DNA of 64,000 nucleotides from Mytilus edulis (taxonomy: Eukaryota), in assembly GCF_963676685.1 (NCBI RefSeq), contig NC_092348.1:56792001-56856000 (forward strand). Reading direction: 5' to 3'. The notes beneath the pieces were generated by a model, which ran no database searches, had not been told where the DNA came from, and saw only the letters and a program-made list of their open reading frames with translations. Below, in pieces: positions 27,038 through 41,048 of this stretch. Numbering within the stretch: the first letter of the stretch is position 1; the number at the start of each line of letters is the position of its first letter. Both the position numbers and the translations under genes were made by a program.

Positions 27038-29879
27038 GTTCGTCGAAGACCCTGAGGTCATAACTTTTCTAAAGAAAGGACCGTCCTCCATCTATAATAG
27101 ATTGGAAACAGTGTCGTCAAGTCATTAAAGACGCTCTGTCTGCCTACTGTAAAAATTGGTGCAAACGTGAAAAATCTGATAAAAATCTTTAGACAGTTAT
27201 TTGAATAAAATTATGAATACTGTTAATATTCGAATATCTCATTTAGAAAACAATTCTGAAATTAATAATAGGAACCATGATATTCCCATTTCTAGAATAA
27301 CTCAACGTACTCGTAGAGCGGTTTGTGTTCGTACCGACAGACACGGCAGCCAATAATGTAGTGGTGGTGTGACGCATATACTACACGGAAGTTCTTCAAA
27401 ACGAAATTATCAATTCCTCTACATTCAGGTCAGTGTGCACCACAGAGAGTCAAATCGATAACAAGCATACCACTGCCACTACCCAGCTTAAAGCATCTTC
27501 CAAACATTTGAAAGTCCCTATCATGTACTGGTTACCGAAATTACACAAAAAAACATTTGAATTCCTTTTCATCTCCGCTTCGAGTAAGTGTTCTACTACT
27601 AATCTATCAGTGCTTCTAACTACCCCCTTACTACTATCAAAGAACTGGTTATTAACTTTTGTAATAAAGCTTATGAAAATAATGGTACTAATTATTTTTG
27701 GAGTGTTAAAAATTCTTTAGAGGTTTTAGATAAAATACATGCTTTCGATAGTCCTTACAATTCTGTTGACAGTTATGATTTTTCTACTCTGTACACTACA
27801 CTTCCAAACCATCTTATAAAGAAAAAGTTTTTGTATTTGATAAAATGGTCTTTCGAAAAATCTCATTGTAATTTTATTTGCTGTAACTCGTTTAAAGCCT
27901 TTTTCTGTAACGAAAAAGGAAAGTATGCTTGATACACTTACTGGAAAAGTGAGGATATGATTGAAGCTTTAAATTTTCTGCTAGATAACATTTATGTACG
28001 TTTCTGTGATAAAGAGTATCGTCAGGTAGTATGTATTACTATGGGCACCAACTGTGCCCCTTTAATAGCAGATTTATTTCTATATTGCTATGAATCTCAG
28101 TTTATGACCAAACTCAGTAAAGACCCATCATTGTTATATTTGGTTGATACATTCAAAAATACCTACCGTTATCTGGATGATGTTTTTTCGTTGAATAATC
28201 CAGAGTTCTCTAAATATACTTCAGAAATTTACCCAAAAGAACTTACTTTAACTAAATCTAACATAAACAGCAGCAGTTGTCCTTTTCTAGATTCAGACAT
28301 TTCAATTTCAAACGGGAAACTTCATACTAAAATTTACGACAAAAGAGACGATTTTCCATTTCCTATTGTTAATTTTCCTTTTTTAGACGGCGATGTGCCT
28401 TTGGCTCCATCATACGGTGTTTATATATCCCAACTCGTTCGGTTTGCCCGTGTGTGTTCTGATGTCATAGATTTTAACGAACGTAATCAATGCATCACTG
28501 GGAAATTGTTGTGTCATGGATTTCGATACCATAAATTACTTAAAACTTTTACTAAATTCTTTCATAGATACAAAGATTTGATTAGTAAATTTGGCTATAC
28601 ATGTAGAAAACTTATTAAAAATGGTATTTCACATCCTAAATTTTATGATAATATTGTACTTAAAGCGAGGAAATCACTATGTGATCCGTGTAAACTCATC
28701 GAACCTTTAAACAAACTTATAAGTAAGGGTTATCGTACCAATATTGTAATTAGATCTCTGAATATAGTTTACATTGGCACTAATATCGATTTTGTCATTA
28801 GCAAATTAAAACATAACTAAAGTGTATCTTCTTTTGAGGTGGGATGTATAGAGACACAGACACGTTATTTTTTTTTTATCTCTATAGAAGTCGCTCCTCA
28901 CTATCCTACTACATGTACCTGTCGATACATTTATTTTTGGCATTGCACAAGTCATGTTTTCTCTGACTGTTCATGACGTTAAAATACTAAATCCCTGGGA
29001 TGTGTTTTAGTTGATTTTAGTCTCTGATGCATGATTTTTTATTATTAATTGTTTTTGGCTTTTAACTAGCTGTCAGTAACTGCGAGTACTCTCAAATCGT
29101 ATTTTCTTGTTAATTCGACCTGTTGATACTGTTTATAATGCTTTTTTGTTATTTTATATTTATATGGATCTTGTCTATATACCAGTTTTGATTATTTGGA
29201 ATATCTTCTAATTTTCACTTCTTCTTACTACATTTGTATAAACTTCAAGGTTTACCTGTACTATTAAAACTGTTTTTTTTTATAAAGTGAATATTTTTGA
29301 AGGGTTAAACATTTCGCAGTGGTGTCTTGCCATGGCTTTGTTTGGACTTGTTTGTTTGCTTTTTGGCCTTGAATGTTTGTCCCTAATATTTTATTAAGTT
29401 CTGTGCATTTGCATTCAGATATCGCAGATCAAATTTATTCGTTCATAGTGTATTAATTTACGTTTTTTGATTGAGTTAAGTCTGCCAATTGATATTTTAT
29501 CGTGTGTTTTTCTATGTTGAGATGTTATACTATTGTTTCAGAAAAAGGGAGACGGTTTGGATCCATTAAAACGTTTAATCCTGCTGCAAATGTTTGCACC
29601 TGTCCTAAGTCAGGAATCTGATGTACAGTAGTTGTCGTTTGTTTATGTAATTTATACGTGTTTCTCGTTTTTTTTATATAGATTAGACCGTTGGTTTTTC
29701 CGTTTGAATGGTTTTACACTAGTAATTTTGGGGCCCTTTATAGCTTGTTGTTCGGTGTGAGCCAAGGCTCCATGTTGAAGGCCGTACATTGACCTATAAT
29801 GATTTACTTTTTTTAAAATTGTTATTTGGATGGAGAGTTGTCTCATTGGCACTCACACCACATCTTCCTATATCTATCT
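27038..29879 (+). mobile_element. 5'-truncated, frameshifted Penelope-like retrotransposon (Naiad-type: RT at the C-terminus, no downstream GIY-YIG) with a ~1-kb 3' region
   Basis: RT motifs FVFVPTDTAANN, YWLPKLHK, YDFSTLYTTLP, MGTNCAPLIADLFLY, YRYLDD and IYDKRDDF…SYGVYISQLVRFAR. The ORF ends at 28820 with no endonuclease. Several frameshifts lie 5' of ~27630. Confidence 0.85.
28965..29022 (+). other. Putative SECIS element (type II) in the 3' UTR of the Penelope-like element
   Basis: Helix I GACTG/TAGTC; core ATGAC (28973-77) with TGAT (29012-15); 10-bp helix II GTTAAAATAC/GTGTTTTAGT including G-U pairs; apical AAA plus a TCC/GGA mini-stem. Confidence 0.75.
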
Positions 29880-30088
29880 ACTGGCTAAATGATAAGCAAT
29901 ACAAGATCATCTAAACTTATTTTTGTCATGAATTCTATTATTTTCTACAACGTTGGAAAGTGTCAGTTGTTGAATATGCACATGTATCTACCAAGTGAGC
30001 GACACAGGCTCTTTAGAGCCTCTAGGTATATGAAGTCATTTGTAGACATCTGATGTTCGACGAAATTTCGTTTGTTGCTATGAAATTG

Positions 30089-30094
<6 letters not shown>

Positions 30095-30132
<38 letters not shown>

Positions 30133-30555
30133 ACTCGTCTAAACATCAACCCAACAATGTTAGATCTGTAAATTTGCTTTCGCAAATTTTTGGTTCTTCC
30201 CTCGCCGGGATTCGAACCCATGCTACTATGATATCGTGACACCAAATCGCCTGCACTGCAGCCGTCCCGCTAGACCACACGACCACCTGGGCTCTCAAAA
30301 AAAGAGCTTTCGCTGGCCATGTGTTACCTTTCCACGTCAGTTTTAATCTAGCGGCGTACTACAGTACATGATATATAAGGCATGAAGATGTTATTGTTAC
30401 AGATCAGCTAAATTATCTATAGTAAAGGATCCTACAAATTAATGTAAGATACAGTCACAGAAAATAATTATATTCATAAGTACGTCTGAGTCAGTGACAA
30501 CCCTACAACAGATGTATCCATCGGATCGCCATCAATGATGGTGATACATGGCTGT
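30095..30555 (-). mobile_element. SINE-like repeat with an internal tRNA-derived Pol III segment and a (TA)n tail
   Basis: Minus strand 30292-30199 carries an A-box (TGGTCGTGTGG) and a B-box (GGTTCGAATCC) but no canonical cloverleaf; it ends in (TA)n at 30095-30130. Confidence 0.6.
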
Positions 30556-33500
30556 ATATGTCAAGTTCGAATTGACTGAAATTAGGTTCAACCACAAACC
30601 AAGGGGACGAACCAGCTTACATACAGACGTTGGATATTTAACTCCTGCAAGATTATGTATTTGGAAGACCAATGCTGATGCTTTACGAAGTTGTAAAATA
30701 TACTAATGCTATACGTTTGGAACAAAAATACTTATGTTTAGGAATTGCCATATCAAATCAAAAGTCTAAATACGAATTTTAAACTTCGATTATAAATTAT
30801 ATATGCAGTTACGAAGTCCACGATTTCGTTATTCTGTATTTGAATAGTATTGTATATCATTTATAATCAGAATTTTTAAAACTGTTATCAGTTGATTTAT
30901 TGGTACAATTATTCATAATATATTTGGACCCCATTCTCTGTCCTTCAATTTTGTCTTGTATAATACTTATTGTACAAATTTCGTTTTTGTATCTGATATA
31001 GACACCTTGATATAATCTTATAGTTGGTAAAATGACTGAGTTTGTGCTCATGTTCATCTCAAATACCATAGATGAATATAATGAATATAAAAGGAACAAC
31101 TAATGAAATGCATATGCAATGCATATGTATTTAATAAATAACAAAAAAAGGGTGTTATGATTGCCAATGAGACAACTCTCCACAAGAGACCAAATGACAC
31201 AGAAATTAACAACTAATTACTATAGGTCATCGTACGGCCTTCAATAATGAACAAAGCCAATATTACATAGTCAGCTATGAAAAGCCCCGAAATGACAAAA
31301 GTAAAACGATTCAAACGAGAATTAAACGGCCTAATTCATGTACAAACAAAAATATCGAAAAATAAATATAACAACAAACGACAACCACTACAGGCTCCTG
31401 ACTTGGGACAGACACATACATATACATACAGAATGTGGCTGGGTTAAACATGTAAGCGGGATCCCAACCTTCCTTCTAACCTGGGACAGTTGTGTAACAG
31501 TAAAAGTTGGCCAAGTGATTGTACAGGAAAGCTCCAAGTGATTGTACAGGAAATTCGCAAGCGATAATTTCAGACAGGCAAGACTTTATATCAGAAAATG
31601 TACACGTGAAAATCCTGGTAGCAACGATTGGTTTTTCGATGTTTATTTGACATTTTTGATCGCTGCTCTGTGACAGTTTTGATCGTTTTACTCGGAGCTC
31701 CTCCGTTCTACGGAAAACGTTTGCACGCATATATCTTTTTTATTATTTATTTGGTTCATATTTACATATAGAATGTAAATAGCTACCAAAACTTGAAGCA
31801 GAAACTTTATATAGTAACATTAGAGTTCATCAAAGTTTTGTTCAAGCAAATTGTTATTTTTTAAACGTCGGAGACCCGCTTGACAGTCTCCCGAATGACC
31901 AAAATATTAGAAAACCGTACAGTCCCGGATCCCACACTGTGAACATAGAAAACTAAAGACTAAGCAACACAGACCCCACCAAAAAAACTGGGGGTGATCT
32001 CAGGTGCTCCGGAAGGGTAAGCAGATCCTGAACAACATGTGGTACCCGTCGTGTTGCTCATGTTATGCTGCATTTGATATCCAGTGCAGGATATTCCTTC
32101 ACGAAAACCGATCTGAGCTATTACTCGAGATGACAATGTATAGACACATGTTATGATACAGTAACAAATTTAAACGAACACGAAAAGAACCAAAACCATG
32201 TACATCACTGCACTAAAAATTCAACATGAATAGTTCAAATGAATGAATTATGGTTTCAATCATGATAGTTTTTTCTTTTTCAAATTCTAATATCATTATA
32301 ATATCATATTTCAATACTCGTAAATTATCGTATCTTTATGCCTTTGTCAATGTGATAAATTTCACAATTTAATGAAAATAGAGATATCTATTTCAGCCTT
32401 AAGTTCAATTTTCATACCCGGTCAGGAAAATCAGAATATTTTTTTCAACATATTGTCTCTTAGGTCCGTCATCTGTTGTAACTCCCTGTCGTAAACCTTC
32501 CCAAAATTGTCTCTTCTGAAACCAACCCAAAAGGGCGTCCCTTGACAATGAGATAAATCAATACCGTATAGTCCGCTATGAAAAGCCCCGGCATGAAAAA
32601 GTTGAAAATCCAATGACCGAATTCAATTTACGAAAACCAAATAGGAAAGATTCGAACCAACGACATTCACAACCACTGATTTACAGGCCCAAGCATTTGA
32701 ATAGGCACATTCTGATTCATATGCAGTGGAGTTAAACATGTGTGTGCACGTTCAATGGTTCCCCTCACTGCATGGGGACACTGGTGTTACAGCAAACACA
32801 ATTTTTGATACCATAACCAAAAAAAAAAATGAAGATCAAAATAACAGAAATCTTACTTTTATGACTATTGTTGTAGATGTTTAGTTGTTTTTTTAAGTAT
32901 ATAAAGTTGTGTAATACGTAGCTGAAAATCAGCATAATTTCGGTTGACTTACTTTAACCTTTCTCTTCTGTTAGCTCTTTTGTACATCGTGGGTTTCTAT
33001 TTAGTCTGTAGGCGAAAAGTTTTGGTTACATTGTATAGATCAACTGTATATATTTTCCTTTTTTTTTACTTATTTTTCAAGAAAAATCAAATGTAACCAT
33101 TAAGATTATTATCATTAAAAAGAATTTACTGAAAAAATACTAGTTAGTTTTTCTAATGTTACACTATCGGATGATGAAAAAGCTTCGGACTCAGCTTTGA
33201 TAAATTCCATACAGGTTAAATTTATTTAATTGTTAAATCACAGAATGTTCCTAGATGTTACTACAGAAGGTTTGATAATATTATAATATACATTTCTTAA
33301 ACCTTTGGATAAAGTAGTGAACAGACAAATGTGGAAAATCAAAATATTTTGCTAAATGGTTCTGTATCTCTTGATTGCAATTTTTTTTATAAATGTTTTT
33401 ATCATTAAAAATGAATTTTCTGAAAAATTCCTAGTGAGTTTTTAAGTTTTTCTAATACAGTCAAGGAAAAGAGTTTTTACTCTTTTGGTAGACTGTATCA

Positions 33501-34068
33501 AATGTCAATTTATTAGTAAAATACAGAAAAGTAGATCTGAATCAAGATAAAACATTATGGTGATATTTCTTATCAATAAACAAGATTCTGTTCAACCTTG
33601 GTAAAAAGCATGATGTCTAAAACATTTGAACCCCAAACTGTAATTCTCCGTCTATCAGTAAATACGGAATGAAAATGAAGAAAAACAAAACCCAAAATAT
33701 TTCTAAAATTGGTACTTTCGGGACAGACAAGAAAAAATAATTAAGTTTACAATTATTGTTTTCATTGAAAAACTAAGTCCAAACATTATTTTTTATTAAA
33801 ATCTGCTGTGCAATGTTTCAATAAAATATAGTTTTAAAGAACAGTAAATAATTTTGAACTTTGTAACTATTGCATATCTTAGTCCTTAGAGAAATTCTTT
33901 TTTTTAATCTTCTTTCTATCTAAGAATGATCCCTCAGAGGCCTTTATTCAAGGCTTCTTATATTAAAATAAAACTTAAAAACTTAAAAATTGAATCATGC
34001 ATAACGTATTCTTCATATGATTTCAAATTATTTCCGAAAATCATTTCATTAAAATATAATACGATTAC

Positions 34069-37000
34069 TCAATGTATCAACACTGATTTAATGTAACTGA
34101 TAGACACACCATGGTTTATAATGTCCACATGTCCAATTCCTTGAAATGCTTTCGAGTGGAATGGCTGTGTTTGAAGATGTTTCCATGGCAAGCAACCCTC
34201 GAGACTTCTGATATTAACAGTTTGGTCGCCATCTTCATCTACAGGTTTTGGTCGTTTGTCCGGAAATGCGCCTTCTTCATAGACCCATTTAGCTGTAGTA
34301 TTCAAACCGTTTCCATAGAGACAATGGACTTCTACATTCGGGGGCCTCAATGGGTTGACCAAACCTTCCACATCTTCTCTCATTAAAAACCCATCTGTAA
34401 AGTTAAGGTCTTTGAAGAGCTGTTGGTAATCGTTCACAGTGTAGTTCCGTCTAGGTGTTTGGATTAAAACCTCAGCCTTGTTCCAAAACTGATTGGTCGG
34501 CATAAGGAAGGCGGAGCTTGTCATGGAGCGTTGCATTGGACGAGCTTTTAATGCTGCAACTGTTATGATGTTTATATTGTCTCCTGAAAAAAATATTCGA
34601 ACAATTAAGGTCAAACGCTGAGGTTGTAACATATTGTCGTTGAAAATGCTTAAAATAGTCACAAAACTGCAACTTACACATGTACGAGTTCCTTAAGATA
34701 CCTCAACAAATAAATTAGGGAAAACAAATATTCGGTAGTTAAGCAATGTACTGTTCACAGAACATGGTCTGCTCAGTAATCTTTCTGGAGCAACTGCGAT
34801 CACTCCGACTTTAGACGTGGTTCGTGATTTTAATTCAGTAGTCTTCAATGTTGTGTTTTGGACACTGTTGTTTGTCTTTTCAAGCATCGTTTTTTTCTCT
34901 CTTGGCAGTGTCAGTTTTTCTTGAAAGAATGATTTTTTTTATTGTCCTTTAATTTCTTCTATCTCTTTTAAATATTGAATGAAATATTACTAAAACACAG
35001 CATGCATTTAACTAAATGTATTGATGAATTTACTTAAATATATATGGATTATATTGCAATAAATGATTATTTTTCAATCTTTACCAGAAACAATCATCCT
35101 CAAGGCTTTGACACTCCCTCCCCACGGTGCACCAAGTGTTATAAATGATCTGATGTATTTGTCCTTCCATTCCTGACTTTGATGGTTAAGAAAGTACAGT
35201 ATCACCAAGTTTCCTAAGCTGTGGGCTAAAAGAACAACTTTTGTGTTGTTGTTCATGTAGTATGTTTCTTCTACCAGCTTTGTCAAATTTGTATAATAGT
35301 CTTCCAGCTCATCTGAAATTGAGAGTCGTGTAATTTTCCGTAATTTTTGCTTTAAAATATGAAACTTTGTGAAATTAAGATTGCTCATAAGGAAACGCAT
35401 TTCATCGACTCAGATCATTGAACAGGAGCAGCATATGCAAGAATAAGATTCTTTATTTGAACCTGTGTGAAAATTTACCTTGACCTCCGGCAGTTGAGGC
35501 CGACTTCGATATTTTAACGTTAGTACACGTTTAGTCCCATGAAAAAATTAGATACATAATTGTCATTTCCTCAGCACGTGCCAAATACACAGTCGATGTG
35601 TTTTTATTTCTAAGTTTACAATTTCTTGGATCCAAGTTTATTGTAGTACGACGTTTTTATTTTGTAAAGTTTTTCCATTTTTTATTCATTTCTCAAATTA
35701 TGAATTATTAATTTGCTTTCAAAACATTTAAATGATTGGAGTTTTTAACCACCTTGACTTGCTATACAGCCCTCACCTCTTCGGCCTGACTTGCGCCTTT
35801 TTGGGGCATTTAAAATAAAAAAATTTATCATAACATAATTGTAATTTAAATTAGGACTGTCTTAGTAAAATGATACAAGGCAAAAGATTGTGAATGCTTC
35901 TATTAGTTTGTGTAGTCTTCTTATCCATTGACTTACTTGGTGATCTTCTAAAATCGTATGCAGCACCTCTTATAGTTTTATTCCGAACATATCCCCATTT
36001 TACCATGTTCTCTGCTAGTTCGTGGAAGTAACCAACTGAAGAAAAAAAAACGTTATTTTCATGAGAACTGCATTGTTAAACATATACTAGCATAAAGATA
36101 TCACCTCGAAGAAATATCAAGTGGCCGAAGAATTCATAAAAACTGTGGGTTGCAACTATGACATTGTGTTATGGTTATTTTTGTAACTTAGTATTTCGTT
36201 TTTGCTTTAATATGTACTTTGTGTCTAGAGTGTAAATATACCATTTTCTTTTTCTTGGCCCCTCTTTCTTTGTTGAAATGGTTTTTGTTTTACAGTGATT
36301 AAGATTCTTACAATGTTGACTGCTGTATCATAATATTTGACATTTTTACCAGACTGAGTTTAGGTTTAATCCACCATTATCTACATGAGGAAATGCCTGT
36401 ATCAAATCAGGAATATGACATTTGCTTTCCATTCGTTTGGTGTGTCTCACTTTGAGCTTTTGACTTTGTCATTTGATAAAGGACTTTCCGTTTTAAATTT
36501 TGCTAATAAAAATGTTATTTTAGCCAACCTAGATCACGAAAGTTTAATTTTTAATTTTTTTTTTTATAAAAGAAACTGTTTGAAAGATGACATCTTACGT
36601 TTCGCCAAATGAGTGTCGCTTAACCATTCCACACTATCTGTACCACCAAATCCAGGTACCCGTATGTCAACACCCTCTGGGTAACTGGTTCTATGCGTCT
36701 TGTTGTTATATACTAATCTAAAACATATATAATGAATATTTTCATTAGTATTTTCTGGTAATAGCGGTCATTATTATCATGTTAGGTATGTCTTTGACAT
36801 AATCGAATTGGAATATTAAAAGAAAAGAACCCATTGGCAAACTGAAACATAGGAAAAACAAACAGCAGTACTGTAGTATTATTTATACTAAATAGTAAAA
36901 TAACAAAAATACCTAACTCCGAGGAAAGTCAATTGGCAAAATCAAAAACTCATAAACATCATACGAATTGATAACAACTATTATATTCCAGACTTGGTAC

Positions 37001-38294
37001 AGGCATTTTATAATGTAGACAATGGTGGATTAAACCTTGTTTTACAGCTAACTAAATCTCTCACTTGTATGACAATCGCATAAAATTCCATTATATTGAC
37101 AATGCCTGTGTCTACTATTAGTTGAAAAACATATGAACAGACTCGAAAACCAGGGAATATTTATTTTCTATACCTTCTGTTCAATTTAAACATACAATTA
37201 ATATTTACAGTACTATTTTAAAAGCATTTTTAACGGATTCAAATGCTGGGGCTAAGAAAATATTCGAGTCGCGCATTAACGTATGGGGTAAACAGTATAC
37301 CCTTTACAGGTATAGGAAGATATGCCTGTCAATATAGCATGTATTTGTAATATTGTACAAAAGTACATGGGACGGTGACAATTAATTAAGAAATAACCAT
37401 GATTAAACAATTTAACGAACCTTTGGTACCAACCCACGGAGGATATGGATAGCACAAAATTACAAACGGCAAAAAAACCCAATCATTTACCTGAAGTTTT
37501 CAACAAGACAGTCGGTAGAAATTGGATGTAAAACACTTGCAATGTTCACCCATATAACATAAAAGTCTTTTGTACGTTGGTCACACAGTGGATAAGGTCC
37601 ATGAGAAGATTTGTTTAGCCTCGCTTCAATTCTTGATCCGCCATCACCCGGAACTATATAATAAAAAAGAAACACTAAATAGACTTTATACAGGGATCAC
37701 AATTTCATTTTTAAAGTGTTTATTTGCAATATATCTAAGTAATAAATTGACAAATTATCTCTAAGTAGTGACTAACTAAACGTTTACAAATGAAACTTAT
37801 GTTCTTAACCTTACTCTTACAAAAATTAAAAAAAGTTACGAAAAATTTGACCTTGAACGGTTTTAGCTGTTTTATTAGTAATATTATTTTAAGACGGGGA
37901 AAAAAGATTCCATAAAATAAATCATAGCACAGACGGCCGTGGTTCGATATGCAGGATATTTGATGAAAAATGGTATATTTTTCGCACCCGAATATTACTT
38001 TTAAGCTAATTTTAGTAATATAACCCTTTCTGATCCTCATTTTCAACTTTCAACCTGACCAACACACGTGCACTTTTCTACCGTTGAATGCTTGGTATTG
38101 TCGTGCTGTTTGATCATTTTCTGCTCTGTCCTCCTTTTTTTCTAACAGAATTTGGAAATAAACAAATGAATCGATAAAATAATAAAGATTGGTAAGAAAC
38201 TTCTAAAAATCTCACCTAAAATCACAGGAGGTAGCTGTTTACAATGGGTACTGCTTTCAATTAATATCCAACACACAAAATATAGCAGCAGCAT
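34069..38294 (-). CDS. PLA2G15: Group XV phospholipase A2 / LCAT-family acyltransferase, copy A; exons 38216-38294, 37491-37653, 36599-36717, 35937-36035, 35085-35312, 34069-34583; 400 aa
   Basis: Signal peptide, [39 protein letters not shown], nucleophile [19 protein letters not shown] (Asp) and GHVDII (His). All GT-AG junctions are in phase. Confidence 0.92.
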
Positions 38295-38644
38295 GCTAGT
38301 ACGTTATGTGAGCAATTGATTCTAAATTAGGCAACGATTAAATAATTTCCCGTTTTTTAAACAAAAAAAATGTTTAATGGTTAGATGCATAAAGTTTTGA
38401 AATAATAAAATACCTATTTCTATCACGGAAATAATTCAAACCTTTTTGTAATATTTTAAGTTTTAGCTTCCTGGTTGATCCATGTAGTTAGTCATACGTC
38501 CATTGTAATATTGTTAAAATGTTTTTAAAAAAGGTCATAAAATTATGTGAATTCCATATATGTCCTTTTTGATGGAGTTTGTTCCTCTTTCGAGGCACAT
38601 TTTTTATACTTATCAAAAAGTATGTTTTTTTTTACACAATATGA

Positions 38645-39400
38645 AATAAGAAGATGTAATATGATTGCTGATGAGAGACCTGTCCAATAAGGTCCAATAA
38701 AGCTGGTGTGAGCAACAATCGGTCACATTACGGCCTTCAATAATGAGCAAAAATTCAATACCGTATAGTCAGCTAAAAAAGTCCCCGACATGAAAAAAAT
38801 AGAAACAAATCAAACTAATTAAAGCAACTTTGAAGGTTTGATTTATAACAAAACAGTACACAAAAAACATATATGACGGACATCAATCAATTACATGCTT
38901 CAGACTTGGGACAGGCACATATAAAGTGTCGCTCGGATTAATATGTTTTGAGCGCTCAACTATCCCCTAACCCGTGAAAGTGGTGTAAAAGCACAAATAA
39001 GAACAAACGGTAAAAATCAGTTGGAAATAGATTGAAGGTGCAAAGACAAAAAATCAAATAACATAACGGAAAAGGACGCAAAATGCCGATTTGAGATTAT
39101 AATCACTATACACAGTTACTGAAAGCTAGTTCAAAGCCAACAACACTGACAAAATAAACACATCATGTAATCCAAGACTTACGCATCAATCAATACATAT
39201 CCAAAGATTTCATTTATGAACGTTGTTAAATTGATGTCCTTTCAGTATAAGTTTATTCAAGCGATCAATGAGTTTACATGGACCATACCTACTCCTCCGG
39301 GCTCTATAAACAACATAGTCATAAGAAATAGGATAGGATATTCTGTTTTTAAAACAAGAATAAAACAACTTTACACGTACAGCACTAGCCAAACATGAAC
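38645..39400 (-). mobile_element. Degenerate 3' remnant of the same Penelope-like family
   Basis: Minus ORF 39210-39392 (…RISYP…YVVYRARRS…PCKLIDRLNKLILKG) resembles the RT C-terminus at 28620-28730 and is followed by the shared 3' repeat. Confidence 0.6.
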
Positions 39401-41048
39401 ATTAAAACTTTGTCTCTACGAAAGAATTTGTACAGATTATTAAGTAATGTGTGGTAACGAAATCCCTAACATAATAATTTTTTATTGTGTGTGTGTTTAT
39501 CAAAAGCCTTGTGTTTCTAAATTGTCCGTATGGTTCTTGGATGCTATGAATATTAAATATATGTAACATGCCCGGTTCATTCTTGTGTTGTCGTGGTTTC
39601 ATGTTGTTCTAAAAAATAGTATTACTTGCAAAAAATTAGTATTATTGTTGCATCATTTCAGACAGCATATTACTAGTTATTGCAAAACAACAGCAACAAC
39701 ATACATCGTTACCGTACCATCGTTAACTTCATATAAGCACAAGCAGGGAGTTCCAATAGATTTTTAATCAGATTGTATGTTACCAAATCTTTTAGGATTG
39801 TGTCATTCATTTTCCGTTCGCATTTAGCTAGTATGCATAAAAGGTAAACTAGCAAAAAAACTAAACTCCAAAGATAATTCAAAACGGATAACCCATAATT
39901 TGACGTATAATGGTTCACTTTTATTAAATTACAAATTGTGACTTGGATGGAGAGTTGTCTCATTGGCACTCATACTAAATCTTCTTATATCTATTTAATG
40001 TAGATGAACCAAAACAGTTATTTTGCTATCTTGTTATTCTAAAATGTTTAGACAAGACTTTACCAACTATTTTATCTTGTCACAAAATGTCTTACAAACA
40101 AGAATGTGTCCAAAGTACACGGATGCACCACTCGCACTATCATTTTCCATGTTGAATGGACTGTGAAATTGGGTAAAAAATATAATTTGGCATTAAAATT
40201 AGAAAGATCATACATGTACCATAGGGAACATATGTTCTAAGTTTTAAGTTGACTGGACTTCCAACTTCATCAAAAACTACCTTGACCAAAAACTGTAACC
40301 TGAAACTCCCGCTTTCATTGTCTATGTTCATTGGACCGTGAAATTTGGGTCAAAAGTCTAATTTGGCTTTAAAATTAGAAAGATCATATCATAAGTAACA
40401 AGTGTACCAAGTTTAAAGTTTATTGGACTTCAGCTTCATCAAAGGAGGGTCGAAAGATACCAGAGGGACAGTCAAACTCATAGATCGAAAATCAACTGAC
40501 AACACCATGGCTAAAAATGAAAAAAGACAAACAGACAAACAACAGTACAACATAGAAAACTAGAGAATAAACAACACGAACCCCACCAAAAACTAGGGGT
40601 GATCTCAGGTGCCCCGGAAGGGTAAGCAGCTCCTGCTCCACATGTGGCACCCGTCGTGTTGCTTATGTTATGACAAGTCAGGTAAATAGTATATATAATT
40701 CGGTAGGTCAAAAAATACCTTGACCAAAAACTTTAACCTGAATAGGGACAGACGAACGAACGAACGGACGGACGTACGAACAGACGCACAGACCAAAAAG
40801 GCATAATGCCCCTCTACTATCGTAGGTGGGGCATAAAAAATACTTCAATAATGATAATGTGAGTAAAACACTTTTTGGGTACCTAAAGCCATGTCTCAAA
40901 TTTAATTTAGTCAAAACTTTCCATAATATGTATATGTTCATGCAATAACCCTATAATACAAATAACGAAATAAAACGATGTTAAATACTTTTTCTAATAA
41001 AAATTTATTGAGGAAGTTCTCATATCTTATAGTTTTTCCAAATATGAA

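Noticed and set aside
29590-29680. Hammerhead ribozyme in the Penelope-like 3' region (ctgatg)
   Set aside because: The core reads CTGATGT, and I could not find a correctly placed GAAA and flanking stems.
30199-30292. Functional tRNA gene
   Set aside because: A and B boxes are present but there is no proper acceptor stem or 7-nt anticodon loop; it is better explained as a SINE-related segment.
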